From Pyrinomonadaceae bacterium (GTDB taxonomy: Bacteria; Acidobacteriota; Blastocatellia; Pyrinomonadales; Pyrinomonadaceae), in contig JBBJMB010000001.1 in the NCBI GenBank assembly GCA_037719755.1, forward strand, positions 1 to 55,739: DNA of 55,739 nt, written 5' to 3'. The position numbers and the translations under genes were made by a program. Positions 38,571 through 48,980 of the stretch are shown piece by piece. The notes below the pieces were generated by a model that saw nothing but the letters and a program-made list of their open reading frames with translations, ran no database searches and had not been told where the DNA came from. The number at the start of each line of letters is the position of its first letter. The first letter of the stretch is position 1.

Positions 38571-39440
38571 GTGATGACTCTCCAATGGCAGGCTTTGCCC
38601 GACGGCGATGCGCTCGCATGGTTGGGGCTCGCGGTTGCCGTCGCGTGCGGCGCGTTGATCGGCAGTTTCTTAAACGTGGTGATTTACAGATTGCCGCGCG
38701 AGCAGTCCGTTGTGCTGCCCAGTTCCCACTGCCCGGCTTGCGACGAATCAATCAGCCATACGACAACATTCCAATCGTCAGTTACCTTGTGCTGCGGGGC
38801 GATGCCGGTCGTGCCGCGCGGTGATCCGCGCGCGCTACCCGGCGGTGGAGGCATTGACTGCGCTTCTCTTCGGTGCAGTTTATTTGCGCGACGGCCTGAC
38901 CCTGGCGCTGCCGTTTGATTTGGCGTTTGTCTCGGCGCTACTGGCCCTCGTCTTTATCGACGCGGAGCATATGATTTTGCCTGATGCGATTACGCTCAAA
39001 GGCGCGGTGCTTGCGCTCGGCGCCCGCTTTGTGGTTTACAACTTGACGGCGTCGGCGCGCTCGCGACCGGCGCGCTTGCCCTGTGGCCGGAGTGGGCCGT
39101 TTCTTTGTTTGGCGCAGGGCTGGGAGCCATGGTCGGCGGCGGCTCGCTGTGGCTCACCGGCTGGACTTGGGAGCGGTTGCGCGGTGTCGAGGCGATGGGG
39201 CTCGGCGACGTTAAAATGATGTTCATGGTCGGCGCTTATCTGGGCTGGCGATTAACCGTTCTGACGATTTTCGCGGCGGTCGTCACCGGATCGGTGGTCG
39301 GCATTTCCGTGATGCTGTGGCGGGGCGAGCGTGATTTGCAGATGCGGCTTCCGTTCGGGATTTTTTTGGGCGCAGGCGCGATGTTCAGCTTGCTCTGCGG
39401 CGCACCCATCATCGCCTGGTACACGTCGCAGTTCAGATAG
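38571..39440 (+). CDS. pilD: Prepilin peptidase (A24 family); at least 3 frameshifts
   Basis: The pieces lie in three frames: [12 protein letters not shown]...CPACD; [16 protein letters not shown]; [17 protein letters not shown]...[11 protein letters not shown]; and [17 protein letters not shown]...[12 protein letters not shown]. Confidence 0.75.
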
Positions 39441-39448
39441 CGACATCA

Positions 39449-39521
39449 CTTTGCGGATTTCGGTCTTTGCGTTTAAGTCAGACTCACTTAAACGCAAAGA
39501 TCGCAAGGACAAGCCGCAAAG
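39449..39521. repeat. Palindromic element of the TTTAAGT/ACTTAAA-core family
   Basis: Core TCTTTGCGTTTAAGT-cagactc-ACTTAAACGCAAAGA (15-bp perfect). Outer pair CTTTGCGG/CCGCAAAG. Confidence 0.85.
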
Positions 39522-39555
39522 TGACAGAAAGGGTACTGCCAAGTCAGGGACGCCT

Positions 39556-41004
39556 ATGGTGCAGCGTTACAAAAGTCGATTCCGGCTGGGCATGACGCTT
39601 TTGCTGGGGCTTTTCCTGCTCATCAACGGCCTCACCATTTCTCTGCTGGTGCTCACCAGACAGCAACACAAGGCTCTTGAGCCGTTGCTGCTGACATTTC
39701 TGCTAATCACCTGTGCCCTCGGGCTCCCGGCGGCGGCGCTGCTGGCGCGCCGCCTTTTCCGTCCTTACCAACAGTTGGTTGATGAAGCTGAGCGGGCGCC
39801 GGTGGCCAAGCGGATTTCGCCCGAAAAGGATGAAACGGAGTTTGTGCTGGAGACGTTCCAGACCGTGGTCGGGCAACTCCAATCGCAAGGCGAGCAGCTT
39901 GAGCGAATGCGCGCTCTGGCTTTCGCCAGAGCTGAATCGGCCGAAAAATTCAGCGAGCGCATTGTGGCCAGCGTGCCTTCGGGATTGATCGCGTTTAGCG
40001 CCGGCGGGCTGGCCAATATGGTCAACGACGTGGCGCGCTCGCTCGTCGGCGCGGAGGAGGAGGGCGGCGACGGCGGCGGCGAAGGACAAACAATCAGAAA
40101 GTTGTTGCGCCACGCGCCCGACCTTGCCGAATTGGTCGAACACTGCCTGAAGTCGGGCGACCTTTACCGGCGCGAAGAATTTGCAGTCAATCATCCGGCT
40201 TGGGCCTCGCCGCGCAGGATCGGAGCGACGGTCGCCCCGATCGAGTTTCACGACGCGCGCGGCGCCATCTGCCTGCTCACGGACCTGACCGAAGTGATCG
40301 AGCTGCGCGAAGCGGTGGCGCTCAAAAAAAATCTGGAGAGTTTGGGCGAGATGTCGGCCGGGCTGGCGCATGAGCTAAAGAACTCACTGGCGGCGCTTCA
40401 CGGCTACGCTCAATTACTGCAAAACCCGTTGCCCGTCAAAGACGGCCAAAACATCGCCACGGCGATGCTGCAAGAAGTGCGCAGCCTCTCCGAAATGGTG
40501 ACCGTGTTTTTAAACTTTGCCCGCCCCCAAACGCTTAATCTCGCCGCCACTTCGCTCGGAGAAGTGATCGACGATTGCGCGGCGGAGCTCGGGCCGCTGC
40601 TCGGCGAGCTCGGTGTGAAGCTCAGCGTGAGCGGCGATCTTCCGATGGTCGAGGCCGACGACCGCATGCTCCGCCAAGCTTTGCTCAACGTGATGCGCAA
40701 CGCCGCCGAGGCTCTTGATGCGGACTGTGTGCGGCGAACTGTGTTAGTGCGAGGTTTTCAGCAAAGCGATCAGCGGGGAAAGACTTGGGCGGTAGTGGAG
40801 GTGGCGGACGCGGGACGCGGCATTCCGCACGCAGACTTGCAGCGCATCTTTATACCGTTTTTCACCACCAAGTCGACGGGTCACGGCGTTGGCCTTGCCC
40901 TCGCGCACCGCGTCATCACCGAACACGGCGGAAGCATCTCAGCCGCCAACGCAACAGGCGGCGGCGCGTGCTTCACCATCAAGCTGCCGGCGGCGCGTGA
41001 GTGA
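39556..41004 (+). CDS. Membrane sensor histidine kinase without adjacent response regulator
   Basis: ORF 39331..41004. ATG at 39556 (MVQRYKSRFRLGMTLLLGLFLLING...) gives two TM segments. H-box GEMSAGLAHELKNSLAAL, N-box NVMRNAAEA, G-boxes DAGRGI and GHGVGLAL. Confidence 0.8.
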   Translation: MVQRYKSRFRLGMTLLLGLFLLINGLTISLLVLTRQQHKALEPLLLTFLLITCALGLPAAALLARRLFRPYQQLVDEAERAPVAKRISPEKDETEFVLETFQTVVGQLQSQGEQLERMRALAFARAESAEKFSERIVASVPSGLIAFSAGGLANMVNDVARSLVGAEEEGGDGGGEGQTIRKLLRHAPDLAELVEHCLKSGDLYRREEFAVNHPAWASPRRIGATVAPIEFHDARGAICLLTDLTEVIELREAVALKKNLESLGEMSAGLAHELKNSLAALHGYAQLLQNPLPVKDGQNIATAMLQEVRSLSEMVTVFLNFARPQTLNLAATSLGEVIDDCAAELGPLLGELGVKLSVSGDLPMVEADDRMLRQALLNVMRNAAEALDADCVRRTVLVRGFQQSDQRGKTWAVVEVADAGRGIPHADLQRIFIPFFTTKSTGHGVGLALAHRVITEHGGSISAANATGGGACFTIKLPAARE

Positions 41005-41549
41005 GCGAGTGAGCGCAATTATTTCGTCCGAACCTCTTTTTCACCATTTCGCGAATCTCCGCCGGTGAGAAGCCTTGATCCTTCTCCAGCTTGTAGGCGA
41101 AAAGGGCTTCATCCACGCAGACGCCGCAGTGCGCGCCGTGCGAGTCTTCAAAGCAGCTGTGCAAGCTTTTGTGCCCGGCCCCCTGATCGCAGTAACAGTA
41201 GCACGGCAATTGAGCCAGCGTTTTGGGGATCGCTTGCGCAGCCTGATAACCTTCTCGCACGCGCCCGGCAAACCCATCGGGGGCCAGCGTCGGCGGCAAG
41301 ACGCCGATGCTGGCCGCGTTTGCGTAGTGTGCCGGCACGCGCTTGAGGCGCTCGGATTTCCGGCGTCTCCGCAGCGTCCGTGCCCGGCGTGCTCATCCAC
41401 GGCGTGCGGCTTTTCCGGCACGCGGCGCGGCGGAAGCGTGAGCGGCGTTACGGTTGCTCGACGGCTGACAGATTGCGGCTCGGTCGCGCAAGCCGAGTTG
41501 ATGATGATGGCCGCCGCAGACCCGAGCAAGTCCCTGTTTTGCTCTTCAT
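40979..41549 (-). CDS. PCYCGC-motif family (lipo)protein; at least 2 frameshifts in the N-terminal third
   Basis: ORF 40979..41338 has LAQLPCYCYCDQGAGHKSLHSCFEDSHGAHCGVCVDEAL. Upstream frames read MKSKTG / LLGSAAAIIINSAC (lipobox-like) ...PEKPHAVDEHAGHG. The 3' end overlaps the convergent kinase gene by 26 nt. Confidence 0.55.
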
Positions 41550-41716
41550 GCGAAGTTATCTTCCTTTTGATCGCTCGCCGTCGATCCTGCTTGGCAATAA
41601 ATCACCGCCGGCCGATATTTAAACAATATGTATATGACGGTGTCAGACGCGATACGGACGCCGTGAGTTTACCAATGTAATACGACGGCTGACAAACGGA
41701 CAAATCCTCGCCAACA

Positions 41717-42706
41717 TCACCTAATATAACCTGCCGGAAAGCGCACTTCGACGTTGCCCGGAGTGGTGACAGAAATGCGGTGAAATCCGCCGCTCGGATG
41801 TGTCGAAAGGTAAGTCAAGGCGATCTGACGCTTCAGCATCATGGAAAGGTCTTTGAAATACGCATCGAAGCTGACCGGCGCGTTGGTGCCTTGAAAGAAG
41901 GCCCGGCCGCCGGTTTCATCCGAAATTCTGTTCAATGAACCTTGCCCGTAGCTCACCAACACGCCGCCGCTCGCGGTGCTGACGGTGGGCGCGTAAAGCG
42001 AGTACACGGCGACGCCGCGACGCTGCGCTTCGTTGATCGCCCGCTGCAAATCTAAACTTTGCGAAGGCGAAGCGCTGTCAACGCCGCGCGAAACATCCAG
42101 CCCGTCGCTCACCACAATGATGGCTCTGCGCCCGAGCGGCAGCGACTCGAAGCGTTTCAGGGCTTCGATAATTTCGACATATGGGTTATAAGGCGAGACG
42201 GACGGACTGCCCACCGGAATGCGCAAAGATCCGGCCGCACGCTCAAGGTCGGTGGTAAATCTTTGCCGCACTTGCAGCGAGCCGGCCCTCAAGTAACCGA
42301 CCAGAACGCGCGTGCCCCGTGGCTGGCGGCGAATGAAATCTGCGATCAACGGAATTTCATTGCTGACCGGGCTGATTAAATCGTCTTGAATTAGAATGGC
42401 GAGTGAAAGCGGCGTAGTATCTTGTCCGCGCACAGACAAAAGAGACTGCTCTTCATTATCTTCTGTGACCGTGAAATCCACCGCGACGAGTTCTTGCTCC
42501 GACCTCGCGCCGCGCGGATTGATGGTGACCGGGATGGTCACCGATCTGACGCCGCCCCGGCGAACCCGACCACCGCTGCTATTGCGCGCATCGCCTCGAT
42601 TTTCCTGCGCGCGTCCGCCAGTAGCATAAACGCCAAACACAGGGCAGATTAACCAAGCCAAAATCCAGAAACACAAGGCGGCGCGCTTAATTAAACAACT
42701 CATCAC
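41717..42706 (-). CDS. Secreted von Willebrand factor A domain protein (VWFA-related, Acidobacteria-type)
   Basis: 329 aa with a signal peptide. LSLAILIQDD...AIIVVSDGLD is VWA/MIDAS-like. The C-terminus ends ...YHRISVTTPGNVEVRFPAGY. Confidence 0.65.
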   Translation of the reverse strand: MMSCLIKRAALCFWILAWLICPVFGVYATGGRAQENRGDARNSSGGRVRRGGVRSVTIPVTINPRGARSEQELVAVDFTVTEDNEEQSLLSVRGQDTTPLSLAILIQDDLISPVSNEIPLIADFIRRQPRGTRVLVGYLRAGSLQVRQRFTTDLERAAGSLRIPVGSPSVSPYNPYVEIIEALKRFESLPLGRRAIIVVSDGLDVSRGVDSASPSQSLDLQRAINEAQRRGVAVYSLYAPTVSTASGGVLVSYGQGSLNRISDETGGRAFFQGTNAPVSFDAYFKDLSMMLKRQIALTYLSTHPSGGFHRISVTTPGNVEVRFPAGYIR

Positions 42707-42915
42707 AAAAACAAGTTCTCCTTCGCAAGCTCAATCTCAGCCGTCATTCCGGTTCAACCTTTGATCGCCACCGCCACAGCCCAAGGCTCCGCGACCGCGA
42801 AACTCTCCGCGACCGCTGGCCGGCCTGACCGCCCGTCCATTATCATTTACCAGGATCATTCGATTTGGGTTATTCAGTTGGCGATGAAGCGCCGATTATG
42901 GGGTGAAGGTAACAC

Positions 42916-43704
42916 ATGCGCGATTACCGTAAAAGCAGTAAGCTGACGGCCGCCGATCAACTGCTCGACAGGCTCTTACAGGTCGCGCCGTGGGTCGCCT
43001 TTTTGTTGATCGCGTTGCCGGCTCCGCTTTACTTTCTGCTCCGCTCGTTTACGTCCGTTGATGAGGCAGGCGTTTACGTGCTCCTCGCCCTCACGTCGCT
43101 CGTCGCCGGATCGCTCGTCGGATTCATCGTCGCGCTGTGTTTGGTTCTTTACCGTCGCGCGCAGAAAAACCGTCTGCGTGACCGCCTGGCCGCCGATGGC
43201 ATTACGGCCGACGAGGTATCGCTTTTTGCTCCCGAGATGACGCGCAACGAACGCCGCGCGCTGAAACAAATCGAGCAACACAATTTACTGCTCGCCGACG
43301 CCTACCGCGAAACGCTGGCCGCGCGCATCACCGCGAGCCGCGTCATTAAACGGGCCGAGCGAGAACTGGCGACCGTCAAGCGGCAATCGCAACGAAGCGC
43401 ATCGCTTGAACAGCCGAGGGCGACAGAACTGCAACGTGAATTAACAATTGATCGAGAGAAGCTCGGCCAAATCCTTAGCACCAGCCGCAGCCGCCGCGCC
43501 GAAGCCGAAGCCCAGCTGCAAACAATTGAGGCGGCCGCAGCTCGCGGCGCCACGCAAGACGAAATCAAAGTGGCGCTCGACCGGTTAAACGCTTCGAGCG
43601 GCCAAGCTCCTTACGCGCTTGACGCTGCGCGAATGCAACAAGAGGCGCTCAAAGAAGCTGAGCGCGAGCTGCGCTCACTCGAAAACGCCGACAACGCGAA
43701 GTGA
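42916..43704 (+). CDS. Hypothetical membrane protein with C-terminal coiled coil
   Basis: 262 aa. Two TM segments are followed by a charged helical region rich in R/E/A/Q. Confidence 0.55.
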   Translation: MRDYRKSSKLTAADQLLDRLLQVAPWVAFLLIALPAPLYFLLRSFTSVDEAGVYVLLALTSLVAGSLVGFIVALCLVLYRRAQKNRLRDRLAADGITADEVSLFAPEMTRNERRALKQIEQHNLLLADAYRETLAARITASRVIKRAERELATVKRQSQRSASLEQPRATELQRELTIDREKLGQILSTSRSRRAEAEAQLQTIEAAAARGATQDEIKVALDRLNASSGQAPYALDAARMQQEALKEAERELRSLENADNAK

Positions 43705-43825
43705 GTCGGAAGTCGGAAGTCAGAAGTCAGAACGATGAACGATGAACGATGAACGCGGAAGTCAAAGCCAGGATATGCTTATTTCTGTGTTTACTTCATC
43801 GTTCATCGTTCATCGTTCTGACTTA
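43705..43825. repeat. Heptamer-built palindromic element (GGAAGTC / GAACGAT units) filling the gap between two convergent genes
   Basis: Perfect 30-bp inverted repeat AAGTCAGAACGATGAACGATGAACGATGAA (43724..43753) with 43795..43824. The loop is similar to that of 16555..16650. It abuts both stop codons. Confidence 0.95.
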
Positions 43826-45752
43826 CCGTGGGGCGCTCGCGCGGATCGTTAACTCGGATCCGCTCAGCAAATCAAGTTCATCGCGGCCCTGGGCGTAAAC
43901 GGAACCGGCGCCGGCTCCGCCGCCGATCACCGCGCCGATGGCGGCGCCCTTGCCGCCGCCCGCAATCGCACCAATCACGGCGCCGATGGCTGAGCCGATG
44001 GCTGCGCGTTCGACGGTGCGCTCAGACTGGCTGTCGCCCTGTTGCACGGCGCCTTCGTTGTCCACCTTGACGTTCTCGCCCGAAGGAGTGCGCACATTTT
44101 CCACCAACCCGGCGAACTTATACGTGCGGCCGTTGCGCAAACGGATGCGCTCAAAGTTAAGCGTCATCTGCGAACGGCCCGTCACGCGGCCGCTGCTTTT
44201 GAGGCCGGAGATGTAGCCTTCGATGACGGCGCCGTCATACTGCGCCGGGTCGCGCACGCGCATCGTAAACCGCTCACCGTCGCGCGATTGTTGGTGGTCA
44301 GGTCGTTTGCCAACACCGCCACCAGCGTCGTGCCATCGGTGATGGCGAACTCGCCGCCAGCCGTTTCACCTGAATTTCCCGGAAAGCCGGTGTCCCCTCA
44401 TAGACATTCCACTGCGCCACTTCAGCCGTTTTGTCGTAATAGCTTTGAATCGTCACCGGCTCGCCCAGTCGGTCCAGAGTCACTGGCGCGTAATCTGCAA
44501 TCGTCGCCCGCGGTCAAGCGCAGTGAACGTCACAGTGAAGTCGCTCGCGCGGTCGCCCGCCGAACTAACGATCAAATCGTCGCCCTGAAGCGTGGCGCGC
44601 ACTCTCGCCGTCCGACCGTTCGGCAATTGCTCAACTTGCTCGCGCCCGTTGCATCGACGTAAGCTGCGGGGCGCGCGAAGAAGCGATGGTCACGGAGCGG
44701 CCACGCTGATCAATGGCGAGGGCGTTGGGCGATTCGAGCCGCCGCAGCAGCAGGTCCATGATGCGCTGGCGCGCATTGTTCGGAAGGTCTCGGGTCGCGC
44801 GCTCGGCCACCGCGCGCGCATCGTCGCTGCGCGCCACATCCAGGCGGTAGGTGCCGGTCAGCCTCCCCCCGGTGTTTTGAGAGTCCGGCGAGTAAATTCT
44901 ATTTACCCAGCGCGGCGTCACATTATACGCGCGGGACAGTTCATCTAATTCGTTTTTAAGCAGCGACCAATCTCTTTCGGCGCGCGCAAGCAAAGCGTTG
45001 CGCCCCATAAAGCGGTCGAGCTGCACGGCGCGGTCGAGGACATTTTCCACATCGGCGGCCACCGAGCGGCGGTCGTTAAAGCGGCTGCGTAATTGGTCTG
45101 TGGCGGTTTCGAAAGCCTTCACGAATTCGTTGAGCTCGTCTTCAGTGCGTGTGCCGTCCAAACGGCTCTCATCAAGCGCCTGATCGGCGCTCTTGCGGTA
45201 GGCGTCGGCGCGCGTTTCAACGCGGCTTATGATAGCCTCGACCTGAGCGTCGCTTAAGCGATAAGGCTGCTGCTGGCCCCCACCGCTCGGATAACCCGGC
45301 CTGTTCCAGCCCCAAGAAACATTGTAGGCGTTGGCCAGTCGATCAAGATCAACTCTGAGGGCCGTCCAATCATTTTGCGTGCGCACGGTGAGGCGGTTGC
45401 GGCGCATAAAAGCGTCAATACGGCCGGCGCGACCGAGCACGTTCTCCACGTCCGCGGCCACTGAGCGACGGCCGTCGAAGCGTTCTCTCAGATTATCCGT
45501 CGCGCCGGTAAATTCCCTCACCAATTCATTGATTTCATCTTCGGTGCGCGTGCCGTCAAGGCGGCCGCGGTCGAGGGCGGCGTCCAAACTGGTGCGGAAA
45601 GTATCAGAGCGCCTCTCGACACCGCGCATAATCTGCTCGACCTGCCTGTCGTCCAAACGCGACGGTGGTTGCGCCTGGGCGGCCGTCGCGCCAAGCGTTA
45701 AAGCACAACAAGCGAGCAAAATCGTTCCAAACACACTTCTCAAGCTACTCAT
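43823..45752 (-). CDS. Secreted hypothetical protein with internal ~115-aa tandem duplication and C-terminal glycine-zipper; several frameshifts at about 44260..44640
   Basis: ORF 44631..45752 (signal peptide plus two repeats), ORF 44298..44483 and ORF 43823..44263 (AIGSAIGAVIGAIAGGGKGAAIGAVIGGGAGAG) read on from one another in different frames. Continuity is inferred. Confidence 0.5.
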
Positions 45753-46018
45753 CTAACTTTTCCTCCGGTTTGTGATAGAAAATCTTTGACCCTTCTTAAA
45801 GCCGTGAAGGGAGAGGCCATGTTGCCCTGATTTGATGAAGCCGGACATTTTATCTCTCAATAGCTCATGTCCGATACTCTGATTCACGCGCAATTTTTCG
45901 GGTTGCCGTCCGAGGGCAAGGGAAAAGTTTTTGTCGCGGCGGCCCATGCACCTGCTAAAATGGCGCGGCTTTCGCACCCTCGGTCTGGAACCGTTGACAT
46001 CAAGGAAGGAGTTCACGA

Positions 46019-46165
46019 ATGGCTGACGACGAAAGAAAAGCAGGTAAACATCCGGGCTGCAACTGCACAAAAGCGCAAGAAAGCGATTATTGCAGCGCCT
46101 ATTGCGAGGCCGCCGCCGAGACGAACGAGACCTCTTGTGGCTGCGGTCATCCGGGCTGCTCGTAA
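46019..46165 (+). CDS. Small (48 aa) Cys-rich, metallothionein-like protein; absent from the ORF track (below size cutoff)
   Basis: The ATG is preceded by AAGGAGT with a 6-nt spacer. Translation: MADDERKAGKHPGCNCTKAQESDYCSAYCEAAAETNETSCGCGHPGCS, with 8 Cys and 2 His. The YCSxxCE...GCGHxGC pattern resembles bacterial SmtA-type metallothioneins. Confidence 0.65.
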   Translation: MADDERKAGKHPGCNCTKAQESDYCSAYCEAAAETNETSCGCGHPGCS

Positions 46166-46325
46166 GAATTGAACACACGCAACAGTTTTCGGCAAGCAAC
46201 TCCGCCAGGGCAGAGCTTGCTCTAAAGCTATGAGGGCGCGTTTTCTTCGATCCCTTGGCGCACAGCCGCAAAGTGCGGATGAAGCGCACCCTCATATTTC
46301 CACTGATTGTTTGAGTCATTTGAGA

Positions 46326-47899
46326 ATGAGTGCTTTTCTATCGCTGACCCTTCTTTTATTTTCTCTTTTTTCCTGCGGCGGCGCGACGAATTCCAGCCCG
46401 GAAATTGCCGGCGGTTCCGCGCCGACCCTTCTCGCCGACGCCGCCCAGACGGCCAGCAGCGACGACGCTCTTGTCGCCGTCAGGCGCCTAGACCAATCAG
46501 GAATCGGCCCCGGCGATCAACTTCCCCAGTTACCGCCCGCCGAACACCTGCGCCGCGCCAGCGTGTATCTCACCAATCGCGCCTTTGATGACGCGCGGCG
46601 CCACTGGCAGGCATTGATCGCGCGATACCCGCAGGACCCCGCGGTGTCCGCGTCCCTGTTTTCGATGGGGCGTTCATACTTTCAGGAAAGAAAGTATCAA
46701 GAGGCGCTCGGCGTTTTTGAGCAATTAGGAAAGAGAGAAACGCAAAGCAAAGAGGGGCGCGACGGCTTTTATTACGTGGCGCCGACGCTGCTTCGCTTGA
46801 ATCGACCGCTTGAGGCGGCCGTACGTTACCGCGAATATATCGAGCGCTTTCCGCAAGGCGAGCGCATCGCGGACGCGCACTTGAATGTGATCGACAGCCT
46901 GCGCGAAGGCGGCGACAACCAAAACGCCATCGTCTGGGTCGAGCGCACGCGTGAACGTTTCCAGGGAACGCCGACGGCAACGAACGCTCTGTTCGCTCGC
47001 CTGCGTTTGGATATCGCGACGCAAGATTTCGCGCACGCCGCCGCGACAGCGCCGAGCTTCAACAAACCGCCATCGCCCGCGGCGCCGCGACGAATGCCTC
47101 AGAGGTCGCCTACCTGCGGGCTTACAGTTTGGAGAAAGCTGGCCGCAAACAAGAAGCGGCGACCGCTTATCTCGCCATTCCCGACGGCGCCTCTGCTTAC
47201 TACGGCGGATTAGCTACCAGGCGTCTGCTCGCGCTGTTTCCTAACAACTCACCGGCGACAACAACGCCGCGCGGCCGCGCTCTCAAAGCTTTGCAAGAAG
47301 TGCGCTCGTCTTCCCATCAATATCCGGTGCAGTACCGCGAAGCGATTCTGCGCCACGCCAGGGCACATAAAATTGATCCGCGCTTGATGCTCGCCATTAT
47401 GAAGCAGGAAAGCAACTTTAATCCGCGGGCCAAATCGCCGGCCGCCGCGCGCGGTCTGATGCAATTGACCTTCGACGCGGCGACCAAGTATGCGTCCAAG
47501 CTTAAGCTCAAAAATTTGCAAGAGGATGATCTTTATCAACCGGAAGTCTCGATTCAACTGGCGAGCGCATACCTCGCGGAGCTGGGAGCGATGTTTCCCG
47601 GGTTGCCCGAGGCCGTGGCCGCGTCCTACAACGGCGGCGAAGACAACGTCGCGCGGTGGGTCAAGCGAGCCAATCAACCGGACCCCGGCGTCTTTGCGGC
47701 CGAGGTCGGTTTTGCCGAGACCAAGGATTACGTTTACAAAGTGATGGCCAATTACAGAGCTTACTCTCAGCTCTACACCTCTGATTTGCGCCCCATTGCC
47801 GCAGACGTCACGCGCACCACGGCCTACGGCTCCGGACTAAACGAGCGGTTTTCAAAACCCGTCGCGCGCTCGCGATCGCGCAGAGGATCAACGCGGTAA
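46326..47899 (+). CDS. Lipoprotein lytic transglycosylase (TPR-like N-terminal region plus SLT domain); one frameshift at about 47040..47210
   Basis: ATG at 46326 gives MSAFLSLTLLLFSLFSCGG (lipobox). ORF 47129..47899 carries the SLT motif LMLAIMKQESNFNPRAKSPAAARGLMQL...YNGG. Confidence 0.75.
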
Positions 47900-48717
47900 C
47901 GTCGCGGAAGCACGCCGAGCCTGATTAACTCCGGGCGGTATTCGTAGCGCACTGAGACCTGGGCCGCCGGTTGCCGCTCTAAATCCAAAGCCACCCAGCG
48001 CACATCGTGGCGCACCGAGCGACCGATTCCGGTGGCAGCGTAATCGTCCGACTTGTTGGTGGCATCTGATTCCACCGCGCCTCGCTGTTTGACGGCACTT
48101 GGGGCCGACCTGCTCGTGGCACCATCGCTTTTTTCTCTACTTTCTTGACGATCGCGGGAATTCATCGGCGGCATGATGGGCATAACTCGTTCGCGCTCGC
48201 GAAAGAAGACAACTGGAATGACGCCAAGATTGGAGGTTTGGCCAAGCTTGGCTCCGTAAGAATCTCGCTCGCTGGTAAAGTAAAAGCGGCGCGCGCGCGC
48301 GGAACTCATCTGCCAACCGCTGATGGTGATGGTTTGATAAGGCATGATCACCCACTTGCTCGCGTCCCAGCTTGTGGTTCGCCGCGCATCCACCGTATTC
48401 ATGCCGTCCACGGACAGCGCCACAGCGACGCGCACCGGCAGCGGGTTCGTCACTCTCAGCGCATACTCGGCTCCCGCGACCGCCTCGATGTAGCGTTTTC
48501 CCCGCGCGCTGTATTCCCGCTGCGGTTGGCCCTCAACCACCACCTCGACATTAAAACTATCATGCTCAGGGCGGTGCCTCTCAGAACCGGCGGTTCGCCC
48601 TTCGCCCTCATCACCAGACCTTTCTTCCTGGCCACGCACCGCGGGCATCAAAGCCACCGCCGCCAACATGAAAACAAAGAAGCTGCGTCTGATCGCTCGC
48701 TGCCACACTTTTTTCAT
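47824..48717 (-). CDS. Secreted hypothetical protein
   Basis: ORF 47824..48897. The internal ATG at 48717 gives the signal peptide MKKVWQRAIRRSFFVFMLAAVALMPAVRG. No motif recognised. Overlaps the 3' end of the convergent SLT gene by 76 nt. Confidence 0.5.
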   Translation of the reverse strand: MKKVWQRAIRRSFFVFMLAAVALMPAVRGQEERSGDEGEGRTAGSERHRPEHDSFNVEVVVEGQPQREYSARGKRYIEAVAGAEYALRVTNPLPVRVAVALSVDGMNTVDARRTTSWDASKWVIMPYQTITISGWQMSSARARRFYFTSERDSYGAKLGQTSNLGVIPVVFFRERERVMPIMPPMNSRDRQESREKSDGATSRSAPSAVKQRGAVESDATNKSDDYAATGIGRSVRHDVRWVALDLERQPAAQVSVRYEYRPELIRLGVLPRRYRVDPLRDRERATGFENRSFSPEP

Positions 48718-48980
48718 CGCCTTTTCCCTTCTCCACAAATAATCTTTTGCCTGCTGTTCTGGAACGAACAAGAAAAGCATTTCTTGCACAAAGCAATAGT
48801 GGCTCACAATGGGGGACAGGTCAGAAGCCCGACCGTGAAGGAGGGCGTACGGCAACGCCCTTGCTGACGCGCGGGCTTCTGATAACGCCTCTCTCAAATA
48901 TTCTCCTTGACAAGCCAGGGGAAATTGGACAGCCTGTTGGCTGTCAAATCCGCCTTTAAGACAACATCATTGCTAAAGGA

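Noticed and set aside
38176-38751. A 191-aa minus-strand ORF spanning the dacB/pilD divergent region.
   Set aside because: Its Arg-rich nonsense-like translation overlaps the dacB N-terminus in another frame and runs antisense to pilD.
45753-46319. A 188-aa minus-strand ORF, and the 101-aa plus-strand ORF 45867..46172.
   Set aside because: Both have Arg/Ser/Cys-rich low-complexity translations, no SD and no motifs. They overlap the much better supported 48-aa Cys-rich ORF with a strong SD at 46019..46165.
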